Below, in pieces: positions 47,560 to 56,798 of a stretch of 64,000 bases of DNA. The stretch comes from Spirochaetota bacterium. Lineage in GTDB: Bacteria > Spirochaetota > UBA4802 > UBA5550. Under the pieces are notes generated by a model. The model was given only the letters and a program-made list of their open reading frames with translations. It had not been told where the DNA came from and made no database searches. Location: assembly GCA_050298055.1 (NCBI GenBank), contig JBNKTL010000017.1, positions 26,306 to 90,305 of the forward strand, read 5' to 3'. The position numbers were made by a program, and so were the translations under genes. Numbering within the stretch: position 1 is the first letter of the stretch; each line of letters opens with the position of its first letter.

Positions 47560-49950
47560 ATGGTAGAGGGGAAAAACATCAAGGTTCTTCTCACAGATGA
47601 CGAACGTATCGTGAGGGATGTCTTCGGGATATACCTGGAAACTATCGGTTTCACGGTCATTCAGGCCCAGAACGGGCTGGTCTGCCTGGACCTCTTTGAG
47701 AAGGAGAAGCCTGATATTGTCCTCCTTGACCTGAAGATGCCGGTCATGGACGGGATCGAGACCCTCAAAAGTCTCAAGGAGAAAAACCCGGACATTCCTG
47801 TTATCATCATTTCCGGTGAAGGCCTGGTTGGAGATGTTGTCAGGGCACTGAGACTGGGAGCATGGGACTATATTATCAAGCCTGTGATAGATATGAACAT
47901 CATATCTCATTCCATGGGAAAAGCCCTGGAGAGGAGCCGGCTCATCGAGGAGAACAGGGCCTACCAGGAGAAACTGGAGGACCTTGTAAGACAAAGGACC
48001 GTTGAACTTGACAGGGCGAACAATGAGCTCCATACGATTAACAGCAGGCTGAGAAGTATTGTTTCATCGGCAACCGAGATCTCAAGCTGCAGCAGGATCA
48101 GCGATTTTGGAGAACTCCTGATTAGGGAGTTTGGCAGGCATATGGATACTTCCGGAGGGTCATTATACCTCCTGGAGGATGAGGGCCTGCGGCTCCTCTC
48201 TTCCCTTGGTCCGTCCCACTGTCCCGAATTTATCACATTTCCCCTCAAAGAAGGTACAATATTCCAGAGAACAATTTCCGGCGGGAAATCACTTCTGAGC
48301 AACGACATCAGGAAAGATGAAACATGTTTTCTCAGCGGCTGGGATGGATACATAAATGATTCTCTCTTGACCTTCCCTCTGATCCATGAAAACGGCAGTG
48401 TCATTGCCGTTCTCTCTCTTCATAACAAGTCAAATCCTCCGTTTATACAGCAGGACCAGGAGGTGGGGATGATCCTGACAACCTACAGCTCCGAAGCGCT
48501 GAGAAATATCAGGGCCGTTGAAGACCTGCGGGAGAGTGAAAACAGGTACAGGAAACTCTTCAATAATGCCCGGGACGCAATATTTCTCTGGGAATTGCTT
48601 GATAATAACAATCCCGGGTGCTGTATCGACGCTAATGATGTAGCAGTTGAGATGACCGGCTTTAGCAGGGATGAACTGCTCAGGATGGAACCGGGGGATC
48701 TTGCTTATGGAAATTTCCGGGAAAGCTGTTTGGAAATAATGAAAGAACTTATAAAAACCGGATCTGCGACCATTGAAAGGATTTATAAAACAAAGAAAGG
48801 TGATTTAATACCGGTTGAGATAAGCTCACATGTCTTTCATTTAAAAAAGAAAAGGGTCATTCTCTCTATAACCAGGGACATCACCAGGAGAAAGGAAGCT
48901 GAAGAAAAGATCAGGGAGTCTCTCCGGGAAAAGGAACTGATGCTCAAGGAGATACATCACAGGGTAAAGAACAATATCCAGATCATTATCAGTATTCTTA
49001 ACCTCCAGTCGGAAAAAATAAAAAACCGTGAGGACCTTGAATACTTCGTTGAGAGTGAAAACCGTGTCAGGTCCATCGCCCTTGTTCATGAGATGCTTTA
49101 CCGGTCCGAAAGTCTCTCCAATATTAATTTTAAGGATTATATCACGTCCCTGGTTGAACAGATAGAGATGTTCACCAGCTGCAGAGAGAAAAACATCAAT
49201 ATAAAAGTCAATGCCGAGAACCAGCTCATCGGAATTGAGTCGGCAATACCCTGCGCTCTCATCGTTAATGAACTCATTACCAATGCCGTTAAATATGCTT
49301 TCACCGGTGTTGAAGGAGGAACAATCGGGATAAGTTTTTCCGGAAAAAATGATACCTATTCCCTTGTTGTAACGGATGACGGTCCCGGTTTTCACAGTGA
49401 CTTTAATCTTGAGAAGAGTGAATCTCTTGGCCTCAGGATGGTAAATGAACTGGTGAAACAGCTGAAAGGAAAGATCACGATTGAATCCCGCAAGGGTGTC
49501 CGGATAAGCGTTCTTTTCGGGGATGGTGTGAATCAGGAGTTGAATGAAACTGCGCCTGTGCATGAAGGGTTAACAATGAACGGGAAGCGCCTCCTTCTCG
49601 TTGAGGATGAGAGAATTACGGTACTTCATATAAAGAATATCCTTGAAAATGTGGGATACTCGGTTATTGATACTGTTTCATCGGGGGAGGAAGCGCTTAA
49701 GATTGTCAAAAAGTTCCGGCCGGATATTATTCTTATGGATATCATGCTTGATGGTAAACTGGATGGTATCGACACAGTAGAAATGATTTTAAGGGATTAT
49801 ACCATACCCGTTATATATTTGACTGCCAATACGGACATGTATGTGAAAGAGAGGGCCATGAAGACCAGTCCCTTCGGGTATCTTCCCAAACCCATAGAGA
49901 GGGATGAAATGATAAGGCTTATAGAGAAGGGTCTTTCCGAAAAACAGTAA
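47560..49950 (+). CDS. Hybrid sensor kinase REC-GAF-PAS-HisKA_2-HATPase-REC
   Basis: LLDLKMP receiver; EIHHRVKNN H box; NELITNAVKY; C-terminal LMDIML receiver. Confidence 0.93.
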   Translation: MVEGKNIKVLLTDDERIVRDVFGIYLETIGFTVIQAQNGLVCLDLFEKEKPDIVLLDLKMPVMDGIETLKSLKEKNPDIPVIIISGEGLVGDVVRALRLGAWDYIIKPVIDMNIISHSMGKALERSRLIEENRAYQEKLEDLVRQRTVELDRANNELHTINSRLRSIVSSATEISSCSRISDFGELLIREFGRHMDTSGGSLYLLEDEGLRLLSSLGPSHCPEFITFPLKEGTIFQRTISGGKSLLSNDIRKDETCFLSGWDGYINDSLLTFPLIHENGSVIAVLSLHNKSNPPFIQQDQEVGMILTTYSSEALRNIRAVEDLRESENRYRKLFNNARDAIFLWELLDNNNPGCCIDANDVAVEMTGFSRDELLRMEPGDLAYGNFRESCLEIMKELIKTGSATIERIYKTKKGDLIPVEISSHVFHLKKKRVILSITRDITRRKEAEEKIRESLREKELMLKEIHHRVKNNIQIIISILNLQSEKIKNREDLEYFVESENRVRSIALVHEMLYRSESLSNINFKDYITSLVEQIEMFTSCREKNINIKVNAENQLIGIESAIPCALIVNELITNAVKYAFTGVEGGTIGISFSGKNDTYSLVVTDDGPGFHSDFNLEKSESLGLRMVNELVKQLKGKITIESRKGVRISVLFGDGVNQELNETAPVHEGLTMNGKRLLLVEDERITVLHIKNILENVGYSVIDTVSSGEEALKIVKKFRPDIILMDIMLDGKLDGIDTVEMILRDYTIPVIYLTANTDMYVKERAMKTSPFGYLPKPIERDEMIRLIEKGLSEKQ

Positions 49951-49959
49951 GTTAATCAG

Positions 49960-50634
49960 TCAGTTGCAGCAGTCAGAGTTACAGGAACAGGAGAAGTAGT
50001 TCTTCCTGGCCTTTTCAAAAGACTCCCTTCCTTCCTTAAAAGAAAAGTATGCAATACCGAGGCCCCCGATGACGTCTATGTATGAAATCCTGAATATTTC
50101 GTAAAGAAGGCTTGAAGCCAGGAGGAGAAAGGATAAAGAAAAGCATGTTTTTGTGCAGCGGGCATCTGCGATGATCGGTTCAGAGTTGAGTGCTGTTCCG
50201 ACTTTCATCTTCCGGTTGTAGAGGAACCACATGGTAATGATTGAGATTGCTGATATTATCACTCCCGCCATTGTGGTCTCGGGCCGGTTTCCCATTATGA
50301 TTGTGAGAACAGACCCGAATATCAATCCAAGAGTAAGCAGATAAAAGCCGGTACCGGTAATGAAGAGTGCCTGCCTCTCGAACCTGTCCCTCTTCTCAAC
50401 AGGGTTATTTTTCATCCTTAAAACCATGTGAGCAATACCGATCCCGGATATTACCTCCACAAAGCTGTCCACTCCAAAACCAAAAAGTGCAATGGTCTCA
50501 TCTTCCATCCCGAAGAAGGTGGAGATGAGCCCCTCCGCAATGTTGTATCCTATGGTTATCATGCTTAATATAAATGCTGTTTTCAGCAGTCTGAGTGATG
50601 TTGTTTTGCTGTCTGTTTTCATTTTTTTATTCAT
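49960..50634 (-). CDS. Cation transporter (CDF-related, TM region only)
   Basis: YNIAEG, GFGVDSFVE, Cys-rich C-terminal tail. Confidence 0.8.
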   Translation of the reverse strand: MNKKMKTDSKTTSLRLLKTAFILSMITIGYNIAEGLISTFFGMEDETIALFGFGVDSFVEVISGIGIAHMVLRMKNNPVEKRDRFERQALFITGTGFYLLTLGLIFGSVLTIIMGNRPETTMAGVIISAISIITMWFLYNRKMKVGTALNSEPIIADARCTKTCFSLSFLLLASSLLYEIFRISYIDVIGGLGIAYFSFKEGRESFEKARKNYFSCSCNSDCCN

Positions 50635-50758
50635 TTGGTTTTATCTTTTTATAATGTTCAGTATTCAATATTTGCATAAGACATAAATGAGTCAAGTCTG
50701 TTCACTCTGCGGCACATTAATTATTTGAGGAATTAATCGTGTTTTTTTCTCTAATTTC

Positions 50759-50788
50759 TTGACTGATTATAATAATTAATGTTATGCT
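50759..50788 (+). promoter_or_regulatory. Sigma70-type promoter
   Basis: TTGACT-18 nt-TATGCT with extended -10 TG. Confidence 0.45.
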
Positions 50789-50924
50789 CCCAATTATTGT
50801 GGGCAATAGAACTTTAATAGTAACTACTCAGTTATGCGTAAGAGTAGTGAGATTCATTGAAAACATCTCATATGAGTCATAGAGTTGAGAAGTTATCTTT
50901 AATAAAATATTAGAGGGATTTAAC

Positions 50925-51914
50925 ATGGCAAGTTACTATAAAAAAATCAAGGGTAAAAACTATGACAGGGCGCTTCTTGACCTTGCGGATACGTCAACAA
51001 GAGGAAAGGGTGACGGCAGGATTTCTATCAATGACGCGAAAAAGCTCTTTAAAAAAATAAAGGACTCTGACACATATACTGATATTGAAAAGAAGACTGT
51101 TCAATTTATCCGCGACAATTATAAATTCACAAAAGAAGCTGACAGCTTTTTCAGGGCCGAAGTCAGGAAGTGGGCATCCGGCAAAAAGGAGAGCGGAAAG
51201 AAGACGGCCGTTCCTCAAAAGAAAGCCGGTGTGAAGGAAAAAGCAGCCCAAAAAGCAGCTGCTAAAAAAACTGCTGCAAAGAAGAAAGCCGCAAAAAAAC
51301 CGGCCGTGAAAAAGAAAGCGGTAAAAAAACCGGCGGCGAAAAAAGCTGCTGCAAAAAAACCGGCTGTAAAAAAACCCGTTGAAAGAAAAGAAGAGACCGG
51401 CTTCATTCAAACATCCGCAGAACCTGGAATCAGGGAAGCGGAAGCAGTACAGAGCGCAGCAGCTGTCCCCGAAGGGAAAGAGGAGAGATCACGAAAACCT
51501 GTCACGGCAATTCTGATTGTAGCGGTTATTGCTGTTCTGGTTTTTTTCCTTTTACCCCGGTTCAGGAAATATATCTCCGGTGACAGGAAAGTTCCCCCGG
51601 GGGAAACCGTAACTGAAAAAGGGGAAGAGATTGAAGGAAAAAAAGCCGGTGAGATAAAAGAGAAAGCAGCCGGACAGAAACCGGAAAAAACAGTTGATTC
51701 GGATAAAAGCAAAACCCGGCCGCTCCCGGCTGCGGAAGAAAAGAACATCTACACGGTACAGGTCAAGGACCAGCTCACGGAAATCGGTTACAAATTTTAT
51801 GGAAATTACCATGACTGGAAGTTAATTTACAATGCAAACCGTGACAGGATCAAGGACCCTGCCCTTATTTTCCCCGGGCAGAAACTTGTGATCCCGGAGA
51901 AGAAAGAAAAATAA
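50925..51914 (+). CDS. LysM domain membrane protein with histone H1-like Lys/Ala/Pro repeats
   Basis: N-terminal GKGDGRIS domain; KKPAVKK/KKAAAKK repeats; one TM; YTVQVKD...IYNANR..I..P.LIFPGQKLVIP LysM. Confidence 0.85.
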   Translation: MASYYKKIKGKNYDRALLDLADTSTRGKGDGRISINDAKKLFKKIKDSDTYTDIEKKTVQFIRDNYKFTKEADSFFRAEVRKWASGKKESGKKTAVPQKKAGVKEKAAQKAAAKKTAAKKKAAKKPAVKKKAVKKPAAKKAAAKKPAVKKPVERKEETGFIQTSAEPGIREAEAVQSAAAVPEGKEERSRKPVTAILIVAVIAVLVFFLLPRFRKYISGDRKVPPGETVTEKGEEIEGKKAGEIKEKAAGQKPEKTVDSDKSKTRPLPAAEEKNIYTVQVKDQLTEIGYKFYGNYHDWKLIYNANRDRIKDPALIFPGQKLVIPEKKEK

Positions 51915-51932
51915 TAAACCCCGGGGCGCGTT

Positions 51933-52763
51933 CTAGTTTTTCATCTGGTACTTTTTATATTCCCGGAGGATCCTGTGCAGTTCTTCACGGGAAATCATCC
52001 CTTTGTTAACAAAATACTCCCCAAGCTGTTGCTGCGTTTTGGACTGCTTGTAGAGTATTGCTTTATGTTGAAATTCTTTGAGATATCCGAGCCGAACAGC
52101 GCAATCTCCAAATTTTTCCAGAGGTTCTTTGCTCTTGAGTATTGTTAAAATATCGTTTTTCTTAATTATGCCCCATTTTAAGGCGATTGTGCCGTAGAGA
52201 TCACGCTGCTGTCTCTGCCAGAAAATCGCGTCAAGAAGCGCGGAAAATGTTATATACCCGGAGAAGAAGAGATACTGCCCGAACAGGAGCCTGTAGTTTT
52301 TCCTGACTCCCGTTTTTCTTTCCCATTTCGGGTCACGGGTTTTTCCTGCTTCTTTCCGGTCAAAGCTGCCTTTCTTTTCTTTCTCACTGTAAGGATTTTT
52401 TTGAGTCTTCCCGGTATACCGGTTCTGTGAACCGGCCCTGTTTTTGTTTTTATTGCCCGAACCGGAGAACGGTTTACTGGTATGCCTTTTTTTCAGGGAA
52501 GCAGCCGGGACACTGCAGCAGCTAATAAATTCGTAGAGGGCTTTGTATGCGTTGCTGATTTCATTAAATTTCATTGTAAGGACCTTTTCGTTGACACCCA
52601 GAAGCTTTGCCCTGTCAGGGTGCGTCTCAAGTGCCCTGGTCCTGTATGCGGATTTTATTTTTTTTATATTCAGGGATTTAATCAAATCTATGTTTATATT
52701 GCTTTCCTGGGAAAAAAGCAGCCTGTAAGCTTTCAGAATATGTTTATCTCTTCTATCATTCAT
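51933..52763 (-). CDS. J-domain protein with four C-terminal MshEN-like repeats
   Basis: HPD motif; repeats of the form (F/L)G....xxG.I....L..(L/I)..Q. Confidence 0.8.
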   Translation of the reverse strand: MNDRRDKHILKAYRLLFSQESNINIDLIKSLNIKKIKSAYRTRALETHPDRAKLLGVNEKVLTMKFNEISNAYKALYEFISCCSVPAASLKKRHTSKPFSGSGNKNKNRAGSQNRYTGKTQKNPYSEKEKKGSFDRKEAGKTRDPKWERKTGVRKNYRLLFGQYLFFSGYITFSALLDAIFWQRQQRDLYGTIALKWGIIKKNDILTILKSKEPLEKFGDCAVRLGYLKEFQHKAILYKQSKTQQQLGEYFVNKGMISREELHRILREYKKYQMKN

Positions 52764-53003
52764 GGCAAAATGCCTTCATTAAGATAAAATATAAATAATA
52801 TGACTTTTGGACAAGATCTTTTTTTCCGGAGAGACATATTTTCTTTCCCCGATTTCTTTTCTCCTGATGAAATATTGGCACGGAAGAAGAAATTTACTTG
52901 AAATTATATGAGAATTATTCTTTTGTTAATGTTATTTATCAGTTGAAAAGTGTATGGTACTTGCCTCATAAGAGTGAAGAGAAATACCGAAAATTCATAT
53001 GCA

Positions 53004-55148
53004 ATGAATGAAACTGTGACAAAAAGTGATAATGTAACATTACTGCCCAGGGGAGGTTATCTTATCGATACCCCTACCGGTTATATTCAGATCGGTTCAC
53101 CTCCTGAAACCATTAAGGATACCATGTATATGGAAAAGGGTGTACCGGAGATATTTGTATTATCCGGTGAACTCTTTAACTGGATCAAGGGAATAAGTGT
53201 CGCTGAGATAGAATTTCCCATATATTATAACTTTTTTATTAATAGCAAGAAGACCCACATACTCTGTGAAAAAGATCAACTCTCAAGGATAAAAAGGGTC
53301 CTCCAGGAGGCCATATTCGGTCCCCGGAGAATTGACCTGAAAAGAGACCTGGACCCGTCAATGGACCCCGGCATTTACGATATCAAAAGGGAGATGGAGT
53401 ATTTCAGCGGAAGCCTGAAGATGTCAAACCTTGTGGGTTTCGGTCTTTTTAAAAATAACAGCTATACCTACAAAGGAATAACCATCAAGAGAGATGAAGA
53501 CAACAGCTTTAAGATATTCCACGGGAAAGAGATGCTTGCCCATGTCCCGGGAAAGATTGATTATAAGCCCACATACGAGATAGGTGAACGGCTTGCGGAA
53601 CCGTACATCCCGCCCCTTTTCGGCGTAACATGTCTCGGCCCCAGCCACGGATTTGATCCTACGGCAAATACATCCGGTTTTATCATATGGCTCAACCACC
53701 AGGGAATTATGGTTGATCCGCCGGTGAACTCGACGGAGTGGCTGGAGGATTCAAACATCAATCCGAAACTTATCGATTCGATAATTCTTACCCACTGTCA
53801 CGCGGACCACGACGCCGGGACATTCCAGAAGATACTTGAGGAGAGCAGGGTCACCGTCTATACCACGCAAACCGTAATAGACAGCTTCATGAGAAAGTAC
53901 TCTTCCCTGTCAGGCCTGTCGGTATCATACCTCATGAAGCTTTTTGATTTCCACCCGGTAACAATTGGCGAGCCGGTTTTTATCAACGGCGGCAGGTTTG
54001 ACATGTTCTATACCCTCCACTCCATACCCACTGTGGGGTTCAGGATGGAGTTCCAGGACCAGTCTTTTGTTTACAGTTCGGACCACAATAACGATCCCAA
54101 ACTCCACAGGAAGCTCCTCAACGAAAAGATCATCAGCAAAGAGAGATACGAGGAACTAAAGAATTTCCCCTGGGATTCCAAGGTTATCTACCATGAATCG
54201 GGAGTACCTCCCCTGCATACACCCATAGATTATCTCAATTCTCTGCCCCATGAAATCCAGGCCCGTACGGTTGTGTACCATATCGCGGCAAAGGACTTTC
54301 CCGAAAAAACGGGCCTTACCCTGGCAACCTTCGGGATTGAAAATACCCTTTACTTTCCCACGGAATCTCCCCGGTTCGAAAAGGCATACCAGATACTGGG
54401 TCTCCTGAAGAACCTCGATTTTTTCGAGGACATTCCGGTGAACAAGGCGCAGGAATTCATTGACATTATCGAAGAGGAGAACTACCGGAAGGGTGACCTC
54501 ATTGTTAAAAAGGGGACCACCGGGGACAAGTTCTACATGATACTCCACGGGAACATCTCCGTGGATACCGGGGGCCTCGAGATGAAGAAGATTTACGGGG
54601 CTTACGATTATTTCGGAGAAGTGGCCCTGATTACCGAGGCCAAGAGGGCCGCGGATATTTACGCCGAGACGGATATGGTTGTGTATACCATCACCCGGGA
54701 CAGGTTCCTGAACTTCATTGTGGGAACGGAATTTGAAAAAACACTGAAGCGCCTTGTAAAGATCAGGAGCAGTGAGACATGGAACCTCCTCTCAATGAGC
54801 AAGTTTTTCCAGCACTGCACATCCTCCCAGAAGACATGGCTGGAATCGATTTTCCAGCCGGTTGAGCTGACAAAGAAGGGGACCCTGATAAAAGAGGGCG
54901 AGCATGTTGAGTTTATCTATATCATACGTAAAGGTGAGGTAGAGGTAAAGAAGGGAAGAAAGAAGATCGCCGCGTTAAAGCGGGGTGATTTTATCGGTTC
55001 AATGCTCAAGATCTACAACAGTGAACCGGCAGAGCATACCTTTTCCCCCACCGGTCCCGTTTCCCTCTATGCCATGCAGAGAAAGGACATCCTGAGGTTT
55101 CTTGACAAGAACCCGGGAATTTTAATGAAATCGGTCTATGATTTTTAG
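53004..55148 (+). CDS. Metallo-beta-lactamase-fold cyclic nucleotide phosphodiesterase with two cNMP-binding domains
   Basis: THCHADHD; FGEVAL...RAA cNMP site; second, degenerate cNMP domain. Confidence 0.88.
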   Translation: MNETVTKSDNVTLLPRGGYLIDTPTGYIQIGSPPETIKDTMYMEKGVPEIFVLSGELFNWIKGISVAEIEFPIYYNFFINSKKTHILCEKDQLSRIKRVLQEAIFGPRRIDLKRDLDPSMDPGIYDIKREMEYFSGSLKMSNLVGFGLFKNNSYTYKGITIKRDEDNSFKIFHGKEMLAHVPGKIDYKPTYEIGERLAEPYIPPLFGVTCLGPSHGFDPTANTSGFIIWLNHQGIMVDPPVNSTEWLEDSNINPKLIDSIILTHCHADHDAGTFQKILEESRVTVYTTQTVIDSFMRKYSSLSGLSVSYLMKLFDFHPVTIGEPVFINGGRFDMFYTLHSIPTVGFRMEFQDQSFVYSSDHNNDPKLHRKLLNEKIISKERYEELKNFPWDSKVIYHESGVPPLHTPIDYLNSLPHEIQARTVVYHIAAKDFPEKTGLTLATFGIENTLYFPTESPRFEKAYQILGLLKNLDFFEDIPVNKAQEFIDIIEEENYRKGDLIVKKGTTGDKFYMILHGNISVDTGGLEMKKIYGAYDYFGEVALITEAKRAADIYAETDMVVYTITRDRFLNFIVGTEFEKTLKRLVKIRSSETWNLLSMSKFFQHCTSSQKTWLESIFQPVELTKKGTLIKEGEHVEFIYIIRKGEVEVKKGRKKIAALKRGDFIGSMLKIYNSEPAEHTFSPTGPVSLYAMQRKDILRFLDKNPGILMKSVYDF

Positions 55149-55462
55149 GTATTGCTCCCGCTTGTTACTTCCTTATCACCTCTATAACAGAACATGTGAA
55201 ACGGGAACCGGTTGAAAAGAACTTCGGGTTATATCGTGTCATGAGTTCTCAGTGCCTCATTATATTCAATTTATACTTTTAATGGTGCAATCCCAGGGCA
55301 GGTTTTGCTCTGAAAACCCGGTAAAGAGATTCATGAGAATAAAAAATTATTTACATGCATTTATCTCAATATATATGTGTCCTTTCAAGTTATTTTAATA
55401 TTTATTCTGTACTGATATTTGGTACTATTCCCCTGAAAAGAATAATGATTGGTGTGCGTTGA

Positions 55463-56497
55463 ATGCGTTATAGCCTGGCAATTAATGGTTACGGTCGTAT
55501 CGGACGTTGCGTATTGCGCGCCCTCTACGAGGCCGGTTTGCAAAAAGAAATGCAAATCGTTGCCATCAATGAGCCTGCCGATCTCAATACCATTTGCCAT
55601 CTGACCAGGTACGATTCAACCCATGGCCGTTTCCCCGGCCAGGTCAGTTGCGGAGACGGTCAGGTACTGAATGTTAACGGTGACCGGATAAGCGTTTATC
55701 AGCAGAACGATCACAGCCTGCTTAACTGGCGGGACCAGCATATTGACCTGGTCCTGGAGTGTACCGGGGAAGTGAACACTATCGATGATGCCGGGCTGTT
55801 GCTCAGTGCCGGTTCCCGGCGTGTGTTGTTTTCTTATCCCGGTGAGGCGGACCTGATGGACAGCACCATTGTTTATGGTGTGAATGAGGCCCGGATTTCC
55901 GCGGAGCAGCGTTTTGTTTCCGCGGCTTCCTGTACCACCAACTGTATCGTCCCTGTCATAAAGGTGCTGGATGATGCCTTCGGTATCGAGGCGGGGACGA
56001 TTACCACGATTCACTCCTCCATGAATGACCAGCCGGTTATTGATGCTTATCATCATACCGATCTGCGTAAGACCCGGGCCGCCGGCCAGTCGATTATACC
56101 GGTTGATACCGGTCTGGCCAGAGGAATTGGCCGTGTTTTACCGCATATGGAAGGTGTATTTACCGCCCATGCCCTGCGTGTTGCCACCATTAATGTTTCG
56201 GCCATGGATCTGGTGGTGTTGGTTCGCAGGGATGTGAACAGCTCCCGGGTCAATGCCGTTTTGCAGCAGGCGGCTGAAGGTGGATTGGCAAAAATAATGG
56301 GTTACACAACAGAGCCCCTGGCCAGTTGTGACTTTAACCATGATCCGCGTTCGGTTGTTGTGGATGCCAGTCAAACCTGTGTCAGTAACAGCCGCCTGGT
56401 TAAGGTATTATGCTGGTTTGATAACGAATGGGCTTACGCCAACCGCATGCTGGATATTGCCATGGTAATGAAGCAACTGGATTTCGAAAGTCAATAA
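55463..56497 (+). CDS. epd: Erythrose-4-phosphate dehydrogenase (GAPDH family)
   Basis: INGYGRIGR, ASCTTNC, HSSMNDQPVIDAYHHTDLRKTR (Epd-type), WFDNEW. Confidence 0.85.
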   Translation: MRYSLAINGYGRIGRCVLRALYEAGLQKEMQIVAINEPADLNTICHLTRYDSTHGRFPGQVSCGDGQVLNVNGDRISVYQQNDHSLLNWRDQHIDLVLECTGEVNTIDDAGLLLSAGSRRVLFSYPGEADLMDSTIVYGVNEARISAEQRFVSAASCTTNCIVPVIKVLDDAFGIEAGTITTIHSSMNDQPVIDAYHHTDLRKTRAAGQSIIPVDTGLARGIGRVLPHMEGVFTAHALRVATINVSAMDLVVLVRRDVNSSRVNAVLQQAAEGGLAKIMGYTTEPLASCDFNHDPRSVVVDASQTCVSNSRLVKVLCWFDNEWAYANRMLDIAMVMKQLDFESQ

Positions 56498-56610
56498 CGG
56501 AACAAATTTTATAAAGTTGCCGGCTATTAATTTAAGGAATGTAGTGATATTTTCGGATAAACATTACCGGGTTACGACCCTGTTTTTAAGAATAATAATT
56601 CGGCGCTCCA

Positions 56611-56682
56611 CAATATCAATAATATCGATAATAACTATTGATAATATTAATACTTGACATTCTCGTTATTACCCTGACCATG
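56611..56682 (+). promoter_or_regulatory. Putative promoter and operator of the tRNA/DCCP locus
   Basis: TATCGATA-N5-TATTGATA imperfect palindrome (56623-56643) and 9-bp repeats immediately upstream of TTGACA (56654-56659); weak -10 GACCAT. Confidence 0.45.
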
Positions 56683-56686
56683 TCCC

Positions 56687-56777
56687 GGATCGGTTGAGGG
56701 GGCTGGGCCCCCCGCGGGCTGCAAACCCGTCGGAAAGCTTATATGCTTTCGGGTGGTTCGATTCCGCCTCCGATCTC
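56687..56777 (+). tRNA. Non-canonical tRNA: tRNA-Sec-like fold with GCA (Cys) anticodon (selC*-like tRNA-Cys or tRNA-Sec(GCA))
   Basis: Acceptor GGATCGG/CCGATCT; D arm GGGGGC-TGG-GCCCCC; anticodon arm GCGGG-CT GCA AA-CCCGT; variable arm GAAAGC-TTATAT-GCTTTC; T arm GGTGG-TTCGATT-CCGCC. Confidence 0.85.
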
Positions 56778-56798
56778 ATGGAATAATAATTTTTAACA

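Noticed and set aside
55195..55235. Cobalamin riboswitch-like start (AACGGGAACCGGTTGAAA)
   Set aside because: No GCCACTG/B12-box continuation or supporting stems
56687..56777. Ordinary selC or ordinary tRNA-Cys
   Set aside because: The anticodon is GCA, not TCA, and there is no G discriminator; length, D arm and variable arm do not fit a standard tRNA-Cys
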